A stretch of DNA of 64,000 nt from Eledone cirrhosa. Its lineage: Eukaryota. Shown one piece after another: positions 40,627 through 53,644 of the stretch; the stretch's first letter is position 1, and every line of letters starts with the position of its first letter. Position numbers and translations under genes: made by a program. The notes below the pieces were generated by a model. That model searched no databases and was not told the DNA's origin. It saw only the letters and a program-made list of their open reading frames with translations. The DNA is taken from positions 312,356,001 to 312,420,000 of the forward strand of contig OZ024741.1 in NCBI GenBank assembly GCA_964016885.1. Reading direction: 5' to 3'.

Positions 40627-41615
40627 GCCGACGACGTCACCGTGGTGGTGTCGAGCACCAGACACGTCCAGATGCTCCGCACCGCTCTCAAGGAATACAA
40701 AACGGTGACAGGCGCAAAGATAAACCAAGAAAAGTCGGTGGGCTTCCAGCTCGGCACCTGGAGAATCAAGTCCATGCCGCCCGACAGCGTCGTATGACGC
40801 TGGACGGAAGGACTGGTTCAATTGCTCGGGATCTGGTTCGCTACGGACGTCAAGATGGTGAAAATCTGGAGCGAGGTGACGAATAGGGTGGCCTCTCTCA
40901 CCCAGAAATGGGCCGAGAGGAAACTGTCCCTGAAAGTTCGGGGAGAGGTGGCGAATGCGTTCATAGCATCCGTCATCTACTACCGCCTCACCGTCGTCCC
41001 TTGCCCCGGCCCAACTCTCACCAAAATGGAACGACTCTTCCGTTTTTTGTGGAAGGGACGCGCTCCCATGGTCAGACGATCGATCTGCTGTCAACACCCG
41101 TTGCGTGAATGAATGGGCATGCCATGGCTGATGATGCGCAAACATGCACTGAGGCTGCGACATCTCTGGTGCTTCCTTGACGGTGAACTGGTGTGGTCGC
41201 CGTCGCCAGGCACGTTTCCCCACAGCTCGTCTCCTTCACAGAGCTGCAGTGCTGGGTCAGGAAAAGACCGAGGGATAGCGCTTGGAAACTGGAATGTCTC
41301 CAGGCGCTCACTGCCCTCTGCCAGCTGGACACCAGTATCGGTGGAACATCTACATCGGCGTTTTATTGAGGACTACTGGAGGGGAGGAGCGACGACTTTC
41401 TCAGAGAGATCCTGGGCATCGAAGAAGACCAACTGTCTGCTCTCTTCCGAAGAACTTTCAGCCCAGGGCCTATGGATAACTTCCAAAATTCCCTGGCCTG
41501 GCAATGCCACTGGCGAGCGTTGCCGGTTCGAGATAAGCTCTACAGGCACGGAAGTGCCGTCAGCCGAGCCTGTCTGAGATGCGCGCAGAGCGACGAAACC
41601 TTCGCGCACGCCCTG
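40627..41615 (+). mobile_element. internal Tx1 ORF2 fragment (copy E)
   Basis: Runs from ADDVTVV to CLRC...HALC; homologous to 29413-30230. Confidence 0.85.
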
Positions 41616-41644
41616 TGTGTGATTGTGTGTGTCTCTGCGTGTGT

Positions 41645-41676
<32 letters not shown>

Positions 41677-41697
41677 CAGTGGGTGTGCGTGCGTGTT

Positions 41698-44600
41698 TGC
41701 ACATCTCAGACAGGTTCGGTTGACGGCACCTTCTGACATGTAAAGCAACGTTTCCCAACATATGCGATATCACCCAATGTTGGGCGATTCCAACTGTTGC
41801 ACGTGCAGTGAGCAACCGATAGAAAATTGTAGATAACTGGAAAGTTTTGTGGACGATATGAGACTTTGAGTATTATGGTGATCTAAAATATGTTACCCGA
41901 GAAAGATATCCAAAGGAGATGTGCCAATAAACATTTTAACAAAACCGGACGCTAAATGAGAAAGAAATACCTAGATCAGATGTCAACAATTCTGCAAACA
42001 AGGGACATTTTACTACTTTCTATAATTTTAAGAATGTTCATTAATATTTAAATAGTTCTTTGGATGAAATATGTAATTTTTCGGATTTAAATAAAGTAAG
42101 GGAAGACCAAGAACAACTTTCCCATTAAAATTATCAAATGACTTCAGAAGAAAATTAGCAACGCCAGCACCGGGATTGCACATACAATTGACACACGTGA
42201 TGAACACTAAGAATTATGACGACAGGCTGTAGACAAGGAAATACAGACCACAATACCAGGTAGACTATGAGAGTCCCAAGATGGTAACTGAATGGCTGAA
42301 GACTCAGTACGCGCAAAAGACATGACAGAGGGGTATCCCTTATGGACCAATATCATGATATGGAATGGCGCTGTACTTTGCAGCGATTTAACTCCTGAAA
42401 ACTGCCCATGACCGAATGCCTTAAATAACGCACTCAGGTACCGATGGTCGACACCATGCAACATTTTCAATTGATCTGAGATTGTTAGCGCTCTATCCAG
42501 GACAGTTTCTCAGTCCCCCTCTCTCTGATGTATGCGGTGGCATTTATCCTGGAAGGAAATGTCAGGAATGGCACATATCAGTTCTCCCACACTAACAGAG
42601 GCTCAAGTGCCAACATTGCAACCAGAACAATAGCTAAACTTTTAAAACTTATCAATATGATCCTCCTTGTTTGGTTGCATTCTCGGCAACGCTGCATCAC
42701 CTCGACGTACAGAAATAGAATTCTCTCATTCTTTTACCAGTTGCTGTAGACATCTGAAAAAAGTCTAATTTTGGATTTGTTGCCACGTTGTGCCACCGCA
42801 ACTGGACCAAACGGACGTGTTTCGTCAATTCTAGGAGAATGCACGCTAAATCAAACAAAACTGCATACTTCCTTCACATTGAAGAGTTAGTCATGGCTCA
42901 GTTACACTAGAAAGCCGTAATGATAGTTTCCTAAAAACATTATAGTGCTTCCTGTCTAGTTCTCCCTCTACTTTATTTCTTTCGATTGATTTTCCTTCAC
43001 TACACCCGAAGTATTACATTCTAAACGTCATTTTGATGGGGCATCACCATTTGTTGTTGACGATTGTGTCTGTCAAAGCTTAACTAATTTCGCACTCCGG
43101 TCTGTGTAATCTTTGTGCCTCGGAAGCGATTTGTTCATTTTCCAGTCATCTGTGTAGTGGAGGACTTCCAATTTTTGGATGTTATCACTATCAACTACTC
43201 TACAGCCAATCTAGATACTCTATGAATGACTCGGTGTCATTTGAACAGGTCTACACCGGTACATCGATGAAATCCACTCGGTACTTGTCAACTAGTTGGT
43301 AGTGACTGAGAAGGTTTTTGAGGCTTTTCTGGCCTCCTCCCCTGTCTGCTAGTCTACACAGGCACAACATGCATTCAAGACTCAATTCCAGTAGCAATGA
43401 AAGAGGACCTTTCTTATAAAGTACTCCAGACGGTCTCCAAAATCTAGCCCACTTGTCCCTTTCAGAGTTCTGACGGCCTCTAGCCCGAATGCATGTCCTT
43501 CGCTGCTGATCATGTCCAGCTCCATCGACTCAATGTCTGGGTCCAGAAAGGGGGTTCATATCGTGAAATCCGAGCGTTTTCAAAACAACATGGATTTTCC
43601 CCTACCCTATTCTGGACATCTTATGGAGATATGTACACCTCATAACGACTAGAGATGCGTACTAAATCCTGTGGCCCGTACATTCTGATTAAGCCCATGT
43701 GAACTACGTCTATATTTAGTGAACAGAGGGCGTTGGGCAGGTGACATGGCTTCGAAAGTGATCCCAGCATATATAATTCACATCACCTAATCTGACTAAA
43801 GCTATGATTTAAGAAAAAAACAGTAAAGTGATAAAGAGCACACCTCTTTTGCGTGGAAGGGGGCTTTGTTCTTCCTTCGGGTAATGTCTTGCAAATCACC
43901 AAGTATTCGTTTAGTAATATTTCCCTGTAAATAACCTACTTCATTTGGGTATTTGATTTTTGGTGTGTGTAAATATTTTGTATTATGTGTATAGGATTGG
44001 CAGTATCATTTGAGGGTCGGAGCCATGCTTTATAGCATAGAGTTACGTTCTTTTACGGTCTGAGTTCAAATCCCACCAAGGTCAACTTTGCCTTTCATCC
44101 TTACGCGGTCGATAATGGAAAGTACCAGTAATGTACTGGGATAATTGCTAGTCTTGTGCCAAACGTAGAAATAATTATTTGTATAATCTCTGTGTGTTTG
44201 TATAGCGACATGGGTGTATGAAATATACTTGTTCTATGTTTGTATGTAGTTGTATGTTCTTCATTAAGTCCGTGTTCTTTGAACTTATAGTCATAATATG
44301 TGTAACATTAGTTTTTGTTAGGTTTGGTTTTGTTGTTTGTTATTGTATTTTGTAAATTGGGCTGTGTTTACGGTATTGGTGAATTTGTTGGTGTCTCTGG
44401 CCGTGGTGCAGCTGGATTTGTTTTTTTGTGAATTTTTTCCCCTATGGCCATTTCTCTTGTCCACGTTGTCTGTAATTGAGTATTCATCATCATATTTTAA
44501 TCTTTCGTCTTCTTAGTTTGATTATAGTTGTACATCTCTAAGGTTTCTCAGACTAGTCGCACGCCATGTATTTTAGGAGAAGAAGGTGACTGTTCTCCTT

Positions 44601-45190
44601 TAAGTGCGCCCATGCAGCTCAAATGAGGCAGTTGGCTTTTCTGATCTCCATTGCTATGGTACATTGATGCTACCAAAGATATGCATTTGGTCGTCAACTC
44701 TTTTTTTGGCGTGTTGAATGTGGATTATCATGCTCATCCTAGTCCTGTCCTCCTTTTCAGTTTGATACACTTTGATGATTCCCATGTCCTCCAATGTGTC
44801 TACCGTGAGGACTGCTAGTAGTTATGGTATGGCTATGTTAGGCTGTACTTTTTTAAACCAAATTTAGTCTAATTTCAGACAACTTAAGTAAGGAACGAGC
44901 AGTAACTCATGACCTTCTAGGTGTTTCAGTAAAGGAAACTTCAACTTTCCATCAATTGCAACTTTCATATCAACCTTATCTAAACACCTTCCTACTTGGA
45001 TGTGCGTATTAATTCCCACACGCGTAGCCCAAGGCATCCTGGCCTTGAATCTCGCTTGTTTTTAATCCAATGGTACGGGATGTCGTTGTGCAACGTATTG
45101 TGTTTTGAAATATGTTTGTCGGGATTTCAATGTTAATTATGTTGCCGGATTGTCCGACATACAGTTGAAAAACTTCCACCACACTATACA
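41698..45190 (-). mobile_element. old, heavily decayed Tx1-type LINE
   Basis: AVNRTCLRC, VDHRYLSALFKAFG and endonuclease remnants (DPD...LDM.S.EG..F) on the minus strand. Confidence 0.6.
43994..44178 (+). mobile_element. tRNA-derived SINE
   Basis: A/B boxes and family body. Confidence 0.85.
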
Positions 45191-45379
45191 GCCGAGAGAC
45201 TAAAAGCCACGAATAATAAACGATAAAAACAATAAATCAAAACGAAAGTACAAAAAGGTAAAAGAAAATTAAATGTATGTAAGTAGCACAGATGTGATTT
45301 ATTGAATGGTAATTTTTTACACGTGTTAAACTATTAAGTGTTCCAGTCTTTCCAACCCACCATTACATCCATTATCTCC

Positions 45380-48300
45380 TTAACTGGATTTAATTAGGTA
45401 TACCTATTAAGGTCAGAAGGAGAAAAACAATTGCTCATGTTCTTCGTCGCGAAGATCAGCTGAAGGAAATATATCGGATTGCAAGAGAGTGTGCTAGAGA
45501 AAATCGTTAAATAGTCTAAATGTAGTGGAACACCCACCCTGTCTTATGCTGAAAAGAAGTACTTACTATGAACGAAGAGAATAAATGAGAAAGTAAGGGA
45601 TTACCGCATGTAGAGCTGACTAAGGGATCAGCTAAGAAGTTGACAGCAGTGAGATAGATAAAGCAATTAAGGACATGAAGGTAGAGAAAGCTACTGGACC
45701 AACAGGTATATTTGTTGAGAGGCTAAAAGCACCCGGCTATGTAGGATATGTGCTAGTCGGACATATAGTTAATCAAGTAGTACAAGAAAGGTGTCATACC
45801 CAATGACTGCAGCAGCAAAGTTATTGTCAACTTCTACAAGGGAAATGAAGATACACTAGAGAGAATAAGTACAGAAGTATCAATTTGATGGTCCATGTCA
45901 TGAAATTTGTTGAAAATGTTATAGCATGATTAATTCAGGACATTATCAAAGTAGTTAAGATGCAGTTTGGATTTATGCTAGGCAGGACTACGACTGGATA
46001 AATGGTGCTAAATGGAAACCATTCAATGTGGGAGTCAGATTCTGCCAAGTATGCATCTTTCAGCTATCGTGTTCATTATTTACATGAACATGATTGACAT
46101 GCGCAGTCGGGCTAGAAGTTGTATCACGATTGGCAAGTGTTAAATCAGTTGGTTAGAATTTTCATTCGCCTCGGTATTCCTTAACTTGGCAGAAGGTAAT
46201 CACCGAATTGCACTCTGTCGGTTTCATGTCGAGTGCTGCATGGCTGGAATGTAAACCAATGCTGCGAAAACTGAGACACTCGTTCTCTCAAGGAATTTTG
46301 TGCTATGCAATCTATATATGAATGGAGTTCCACTGAAACAGGTGGAGAAATTCAAGTATCTCGTGATGGAACGCATGAGGCTGAATTATGTGCAAGAATT
46401 GCAGCAGCTGGTGATGTAATGCGCCGGCTTCAACTGTTGTTATTCAGAAGAAGGGATGTAGGTGAAAAATCCAATCAAGTTATCTTCAATACGGTATTCA
46501 TGACAACACTCATGATGTTCATGAATCCTGGGTAATGACCAAACGAATATGATCGTGAATACAAGCGTTAGCAATGGGGTTCATTTGGAGACGGTTGCTC
46601 CTGACAAACCTACTGGAAGGAATGGTTTAATACTCTTCCCCCATCCACTGCCATTTTAGGAATATGAGGGTGAAGAAGAAGAAGAAGAAGAAGAAGAAGA
46701 AGAAGAAGAAGAAGAAGAAGAAGAAGAAGAAGAAGAGCCATTGATTCCGCCTCTATATTGCGACGACTGTTTGAGAGGTACGTACTTAGCAAAGTGTAAG
46801 CCATTGCATCTAGATTTTGTAGATAGGGAGAATGTCTGTGACGGTCCCATTCTCTGTAATATGGTGGACACGTAGGAAGCCAGATGTAGATGAATGTCTT
46901 GTGAGAGCTGTGTGGGCCATGTATAAAAAAGCTGGAAGCCAGTAGAATGATGATGTGCAGTTCGATATCCACCAGGGCTCAGTCCTTAGTCCATTCCTAT
47001 TTGTCACTGCTCTTCACTGTTCATCACTGAGTATTTCAAAACTGGTATTCCGTGGACGTTCCTATATGCTGAGGACCTAGTACTTAAAATGAATCAGTAT
47101 GAGGGTAAGGGACAAATCTTGAAACATGCAAGAACCTAGAGTTGAAAAGCCTAAAACTAATCGATTCAAAGACAAAAGGGCTAAGTACGAAAGAGGACAA
47201 GAAGTTGATACAATCAGGGAGATGTCTGTGTTCGATATGCCAGAAAAGAGTGGGCAGGAGTTCTATAAGGTGCACAGAGTTCAATCGATGGACTCACAAG
47301 AGATGTGGCTGATGCAGAGAAGAAGGGAGCCCTAAGAACTTACGTGAAGGAGATTCATTTAATTTCCAGGGATGCTCCTTAGACATTATCAGCAGCTTTT
47401 GTTACTTAGGTGATCGAAATCACAAGTGTGGAGCATAGACTGAAAGTGTTACAGCCAGGATCAGAACAGGCTGGAAGAAGTTTAGAGAGCTGATATCTCT
47501 GCAAACAACAAAAAATTTGTCATTCGGAGTGAAGAGTAGACAGTAGGATGCCTGTGAGCAAAGGGTAATGCTACATGGCTGAGAAACATGTGCCTTAACT
47601 ACAGAAGACCTCAGAAGGCTGGAGAGAAATGACGACAGTATGTTCCGATTAATGTGTAATGCTAATGTGCATGGACGATATAGTAGAAATGAACTGAGAA
47701 GAAAACATTATATAAGGGGATTTGAATGTAATGTGAAAAGGAGAGAAGATTACTCTGGTATGGATATGTGATGCGTATTGAAGACAGCAGCTGCGCAGTG
47801 GCTGGAACAAGAAGAAAAGGCAGACGAAAAAAACTTGTGATGACAACAGATTGAATGGGCTACGCTATGATGTGTTAATGAAGACCCGACCAGAATCATA
47901 AAATATGACCGGACCTATCCATGAACTGTCCCCTCCCTCCTACTATTACTCCCCCAACTCTACGCCCCAATGCGGCATCCACTACACATACACCCTCAGA
48001 ACCACTCACACCCTAGACACCTTAGATATCTTCCCCATTGGCCAATAGTAGTTGCTATCTCTCCCCATTGTTCACGCCACTAGCAAACATTATCCATCAC
48101 TATTCCTTATCCATCTCTCTAACACGACCCCTATCTCTATCGACTACATGCCTCAATGCATCCCCACTCGCCGTACATTAATCTGCTATTCCTAACACTT
48201 ACTCATCCCTAACCCCGCTTCCTATCTCTCCATCACGCCCCATATCACCACCATGTTGACCACATCCCTCACACACTACACCACCTACACTAATCTAAAC

Positions 48301-48390
48301 ACCTACCACTTCCCCATTGGCCTGCCAAACAAATCCCCACACATACCTATAACTTCATACTTATCTCCGTCCCTTATTGTCCCTTCTCCA
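45380..48390 (+). mobile_element. paralogous RTE composite (duplicate of 21420-24610)
   Basis: Colinear with copy 1, including the (AAG)n tract. Confidence 0.75.
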
Positions 48391-48773
48391 GACTTGATTT
48401 ATGGTCAACCTCTCCAGAGCGGTTGGTGAGTTCACCCGCTGTAGATCCCATACATAAAAGAATTGAGATAAACCTTTAGTTGTTTCAAAGACACAACCTC
48501 CTTAGATCTGGTGATCTACACAATAAAAGCAATCAGTACACGCTGCAAAGCAGTCGATGGTAGGAAATGGATACGGCCGTAGAAAGTTTACTAAACGAAT
48601 GATGAATAGGACCCTTCAGTTTGTTTCAAAAATCAACTTCTTGATATGACCTTGGCCTGTCTGATATGTCAGGGGCCATGCGTCAGTACTAATTTGTTCT
48701 ATGTAATACCATGCAACATTTGCTTGCAGATGTAAGCGGACGTGTAATGATGATGATGATGACCTATACACAT

Positions 48774-48813
<40 letters not shown>

Positions 48814-48897
48814 ACACTCACCCACACACCCACACACACACTCACACACACACACACAGAAACACACACACACACACATATATATATATATTTATTT

Positions 48898-49108
48898 AAG
48901 TAAGAATATTTTCGAACCAGCGAGTGGGTTTGAAATTATTAGAAATGTAAGCTATCGCCGTATTTCGACTAAAGAAATAAAAGAAATTATTTAGCCTGAT
49001 AGTGGGGTTAAGAACATCTTTTTCCATTTCTCCGAGGGTTCTTAACCCCACTATCAGGCTAAATAATTTCTTTAATTTCTTTAGTCAAAATACGGCGATA
49101 GCTTACAT
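48898..49108. mobile_element. short family F foldback copy
   Basis: Same start aagtaagaatattttcga as 14882; the inverted arm lacks the first ~50 bp. Confidence 0.8.
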
Positions 49109-49120
49109 ATATTTATTTAT

Positions 49121-49330
49121 TTATTAAGATAACAGATTAAAGTTTAAGCAAATATTCACTGCTTTCACCCTTAACGGGATGTTCTGAAACACAGAAGATC
49201 CCGTTAAGGGTGAAAGCAGCGATTATTTGCTTAAACTTTAATCTGTTATATTAATAAATATTTGCGCTAGGGTTCTTATATGATATATATTTATCCTTAT
49301 CGAGCCCTTTGGATTTTAGTCTTCACACTT
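49121..49330. mobile_element. foldback element H with hammerhead-like variant cores
   Basis: Palindrome 49121-49257 with a right-only tail; minus strand gttt-CAGAACA-tccc gttaa gggt-GAAA-gca..tgc-TT-aaac; the plus arm has CAGAAGA. Confidence 0.6.
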
Positions 49331-49338
49331 ATTATTAT

Positions 49339-49451
<113 letters not shown>

Positions 49452-49652
49452 AGAGATAGACACACATACATTCATACCGACTACTACGGGTATTAACTCC
49501 AAGTCAACTATTATTGTGGACCGCTACTGTTAGATTGGAGGATCAGGTGACAGCATGACAGTATTAATCAAAATTAGAAAAATATTTGAGGACTGACAAG
49601 TAATTAAATTATTCAATAAGTGAATAAAATAATAAATGAGTTATTATCTTAC

Positions 49653-49716
49653 CAAATACTAAATTTAACTGCCATGTTAATAATATAATACATACAGCAA
49701 TAGAAAGGGAGGCCAT
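49653..49716 (-). CDS. paralogous signal-peptide exon, phase 1
   Basis: gcaATGG context; MASLSIAVCIILLTWQLNLVF + G followed by gtaaga donor. Confidence 0.72.
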
Positions 49717-49813
49717 TGCAAGCCGAGTTAAATTATAAATGGAAAGTGTGCGCCCTTTGTGCTAAACTTCAGTAGATTACTCATGTGCTATTTCACTGTA
49801 TAACTTACTTGCG

Positions 49814-52800
49814 TTTTTTTTTTACTTCAGTATAATGTAAGACTAACCTTTTAATCCTAAAAGAGTAAATATAAGAAAAAGAGAGGTTATATGTCTTAAT
49901 CAGTATGGTGAGCAAACGGGATCCCACGTACTGGCCTCCCCACGGTCCCGGCGGACAGAATGGAGAAGGTGTTTCCTCGGAGGAAGTTAAGGGAAATGCG
50001 ATAGAAGAGCCATTCCAACTTGCGAAACACACACATGCGGTCGGCCAGCGCAGAATCTATGGAGGTGAATAGAAAGGTAACCCTAGGGCCAAGGACACCA
50101 GAAGTCTGCTTTGTCGGAAGCGACCGGTACTTGGAGAGTTTGGCCTCCTCAGACCGACGTGCAGCAGTACCTGGGTTAGTCGCAGACAGCACCAGGTTGC
50201 GGCTGGAGAGAGTGTGGCTGCAAGATGCATGACAGACAAGGGGTTTGCCACCGCGGAACGGGAAGATGGTCATATCGTCTGGCCTTTTGGCGGTCCCCTC
50301 TGTCCAGCCCCACCGGCTCGAGCTGGGAGGGAAGCCTGCAGCGTCCAAGCCGTGATATATGAACCCGTTGAGGGCAGCATGGCGTGCAAGGGTGCCGGCA
50401 TTGTGGCGACAGGAAAGGGGTGGAGACCGAAAGAGTCCACAGTGGATCCACAGCGACATTTATGTGGCTCGCAGATCCGGAGTGTAAGCCTCAAGGAAAC
50501 GCCAATGCGCAGGCTATCGTTATCCAGCTGCCTGCCAATGGAGAAAAGAGGGCAAGGCATCAGTGTGGGTTTTGGAGGTCGCACGAAAACAGGCAAGGCG
50601 GTGCTGGTCGAGCTGGCGCGTGAGCCTGTCTGAGATCAGGCTGCACAGGATGGCATCCGAAATGCTTTGGGGGGACTTGGCGTCAGCAGTGGGAATACGA
50701 GGAGGGGCGTCTACTGGGATAAGTCCCAGCCGGTCCCACGTCTCACAGGCGGACTCACGTTCCTTAATCAGAGAGGGTTCCATTCTGTTTTTTCGAACCC
50801 TGCTCACGAGGACGTGGCATGAGGTTACCGATGAAATAAACGCCGGCAAAGATAGCGAGAACGGGGACCGGATGCCAGGGCCACCATATTTGACAAGTAA
50901 AGTGGCCTGTTGCCATTCAATGTCGTCAAACCTGATGTTGCATATCCCCTCGGCTGCCGCTCGGATACAATATTGAGGCCGGCGAGGAGGGATGCGCGGC
51001 TGTAGCACGGAGCGCTGCGAAGGGTGTAGAGGAGCTTCAGCATGGCGAATCAGCTCCTCAACAGGAAGAGAGCTGGTTGGCCGTGATCAAGCCCAGTCGG
51101 CTCGTGATGGTCTAGAGTTGTTGGAGGCTGGACCTGATGGTGGAGCGTATGGCCGGCGAGTGGATCGGTGACACGAGGATGAGGACATCCGCTTTGGGGT
51201 TCCCCTGTACTTGGGGAGAATGGACTACACGTCCGAGAAGGAAGCTGCAAAGCTCTCAGCATCATGGCTGACATTCACCACCTCCGATCAGGAACCACCG
51301 ATTGAAGGTCATGGTAGACAGTCTCCACGGCCCGCCCAGCGTAGCATCATCCAGGTGCCAAACATTGAGAGGGGCAATGTGGTCTATACGAAGGGCAAAC
51401 AAGAGGGGGCCCTAAGGGTCACCCTGTTGGCCCACAGTGGCCGAACGTATGACCGTATCAGCAGCAAGGAGCATGCTAGGGGCTACATATGACAGGTAGG
51501 CCAGCGGGTAGCCGGAGGGGGCTCGGCTGTGACAGGCATCGAGCAGATGGTCCCGGCGTATGCAGATAAAGACATTCCTCATGTCAAGCTTGTCAATGAA
51601 GTGCCTGGAGTCCCTGGATGCCAGTTCCCGTGGGCAGCTTTTGAAGAACTGCCTGGTTGCATGTGCGGGCCCCTCACATCCACCGGACACGCCGACACCC
51701 AGTTGCACCAGTCTGAAATCCTAATCCAGTTCAGGTGTTATGGACCTGCAGACCACCTTGTCAGCCAGACTCCGGAAGACGTTGCCCACCGTGATGTGGC
51801 TTATGCCACCCTCTTTCTTCCTGACAGCGGTCAGGCGAGCCGAAAAAAAGAGGCCTAGGGCGTGTGGATCCAGGGCGACTAATGGTAAGTGCCACAATTG
51901 CTCTCAGAAGACGGCGCCCGGCCTCAACGGAGAGAGAGGATGGCAACTTCTTGAGGTGGCCAGGTCGGAGACGATCAGCACCTCCACTGCTGCTAGGAAG
52001 GACTTGATGGCAGACAGGATGTCTGTGTCGGAAGCCACAAGGAGTAGGTCGGGTTTGGGTGGGTGTATGGGACGGAGGTCAGCGGGTGGCTCGGGGTACT
52101 TGAGACGCAGGGCAGCCAAGACCTCCTCGGTGGATTGGAGGACTGTGTCCTCTGAGGCAACCACTCTGACTGCGGCCGAGACATCACCCATGATTAGTTT
52201 AGCCTTGGCGCTGGCCTCAGTGGTGGAGGATTGGAGGCAACCGAGAGCAGAGGGTGTGGTATTTTTCAGCACGCTTGGAATGGGCGCTTGCCCAGAAGAC
52301 GAAACATTGGCCTTGACAAAGTCTGTTGCCGGGAGGCCGCCTTGGTCTGCCCCAGAGCTGGGGAGGCCGACGGTTAGTTAGGCGAAATAGAAGAGGCGCT
52401 CCCAGTCACTGGCTTCATTGGAGTTCAGGGCACTCTCAATCGAGGAAGCGAGGGCATCTTCTACCAGCACCCGGGCAACTCTCGGGATCATGAGCGGAAT
52501 CTTCCGGAGCCCCCTGAGCCGAGCGATGTGGACCAGCGAGGCTTGGGCATCAGGTAAGCTCGCTGTCTCATCTGGTGTTGTGCCAGACGGCCATGGCTGT
52601 GTAGTCGAGCGAAAGAAACAGTTTCTGCATCTCCGTGCTGCGATGGCATTGGATGCGCGACGCGTCAAATCAACACAGATGAGGCGTTGGAAGCAGCCGC
52701 ACTACGAACAGTTCAGGCCCCTCTTCCGTCTGTTCGTGGTGCTGCAAGTGCTGCAGGTGTCGACTCGTGGGGTTGGAGGATGGGGCGTCGAACCGAGGAC

Positions 52801-53030
52801 TGGGGTACCAAGCGGCATCAGAGGTGAGTGGCTGGTTGTCACCAGCCTAGTTCCTAGGCACAACTGTGTGTGAGTAGAAGGGAAAGTGTTGGTATGAGTG
52901 AGGCCTCATAGCTCACCTACATCAGATATGGAGGGGACAGAAGAGAATATACAAGAGAAGGGGGGCATGGAGGAGGACACACAAGAAAGTAGAAAGTTAG
53001 CAAATAAATGAATGAATTAATGGATGAATG
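49814..53030 (-). mobile_element. CRE-clade-like RLE non-LTR retrotransposon, frameshifted
   Basis: QLGVGVSGGCE..AHA.R, KLDMRN.F, QQGDP, RHAALN, KRPDD.T.FPF.GGKPL, AA..SEEAKLSKY; GC-rich; absent from duplication copy 1. Confidence 0.8.
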
Positions 53031-53154
53031 TACAAAAAGAAAACAAGGGGTTGTTGTCAGCGGAAATATTGTTATTGTCACTGATGCTGGAGTTGGCCTC
53101 CTCTTGGTAATGGTAGTGGTATTGATTGCTAGTATGATGTTGGTGTATACACAT

Positions 53155-53390
53155 ATATGTTGTTGTTATTGTCACTGCTGCTGTCGTATTTTTCCTCTTG
53201 TTAATGGTAGTGGTAGTTGATACTGATCCCTATTTTGGCTGCCAGGCTGGCTGCTGATATTTGAATGCCTTCTTTCACCGAAGATGCGGTTGATTGTTAT
53301 TGTCACTGTTGCTGTCGTTGCCTTTCTCTTGTTAATGGTAGTAATAATTGTTGGTGCTACCTATTTCGGTTGTCAAGCTGGCTGCTGAAT
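53155..53390. repeat. two diverged direct repeats with ~130-bp period
   Basis: gttattgtcactg.tgctgtcgt...ttgttaatggtagt...gctggctgctga occurs twice. Confidence 0.7.
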
Positions 53391-53416
53391 CAGCTTCTAG
53401 ATTTAGTATTATAAAT

Positions 53417-53455
<39 letters not shown>

Positions 53456-53644
53456 TGATACAGAATGGGAAAAGAAATAATCCTGGCATTTTCAGTTCTG
53501 TCGTGGCAGATGAAATCGAGAGGAAGAAAGAGTAGATATGTATTTTCCTGACATGTCCCGAAAAGATCCAAAACGACTTAAGTCTGGTAAGTGCGCACAA
53601 ATATTAGATGGTGCTGTTCCCCTAAACATAATTAGAATATTCTA

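Noticed and set aside
53464-53586. Plus-strand cag...gtaagt exon-like block conserved with 25790-25907
   Set aside because: Stops occur in all frames of this copy and the paralogue has weaker splice sites; the conservation is explained by the duplication.
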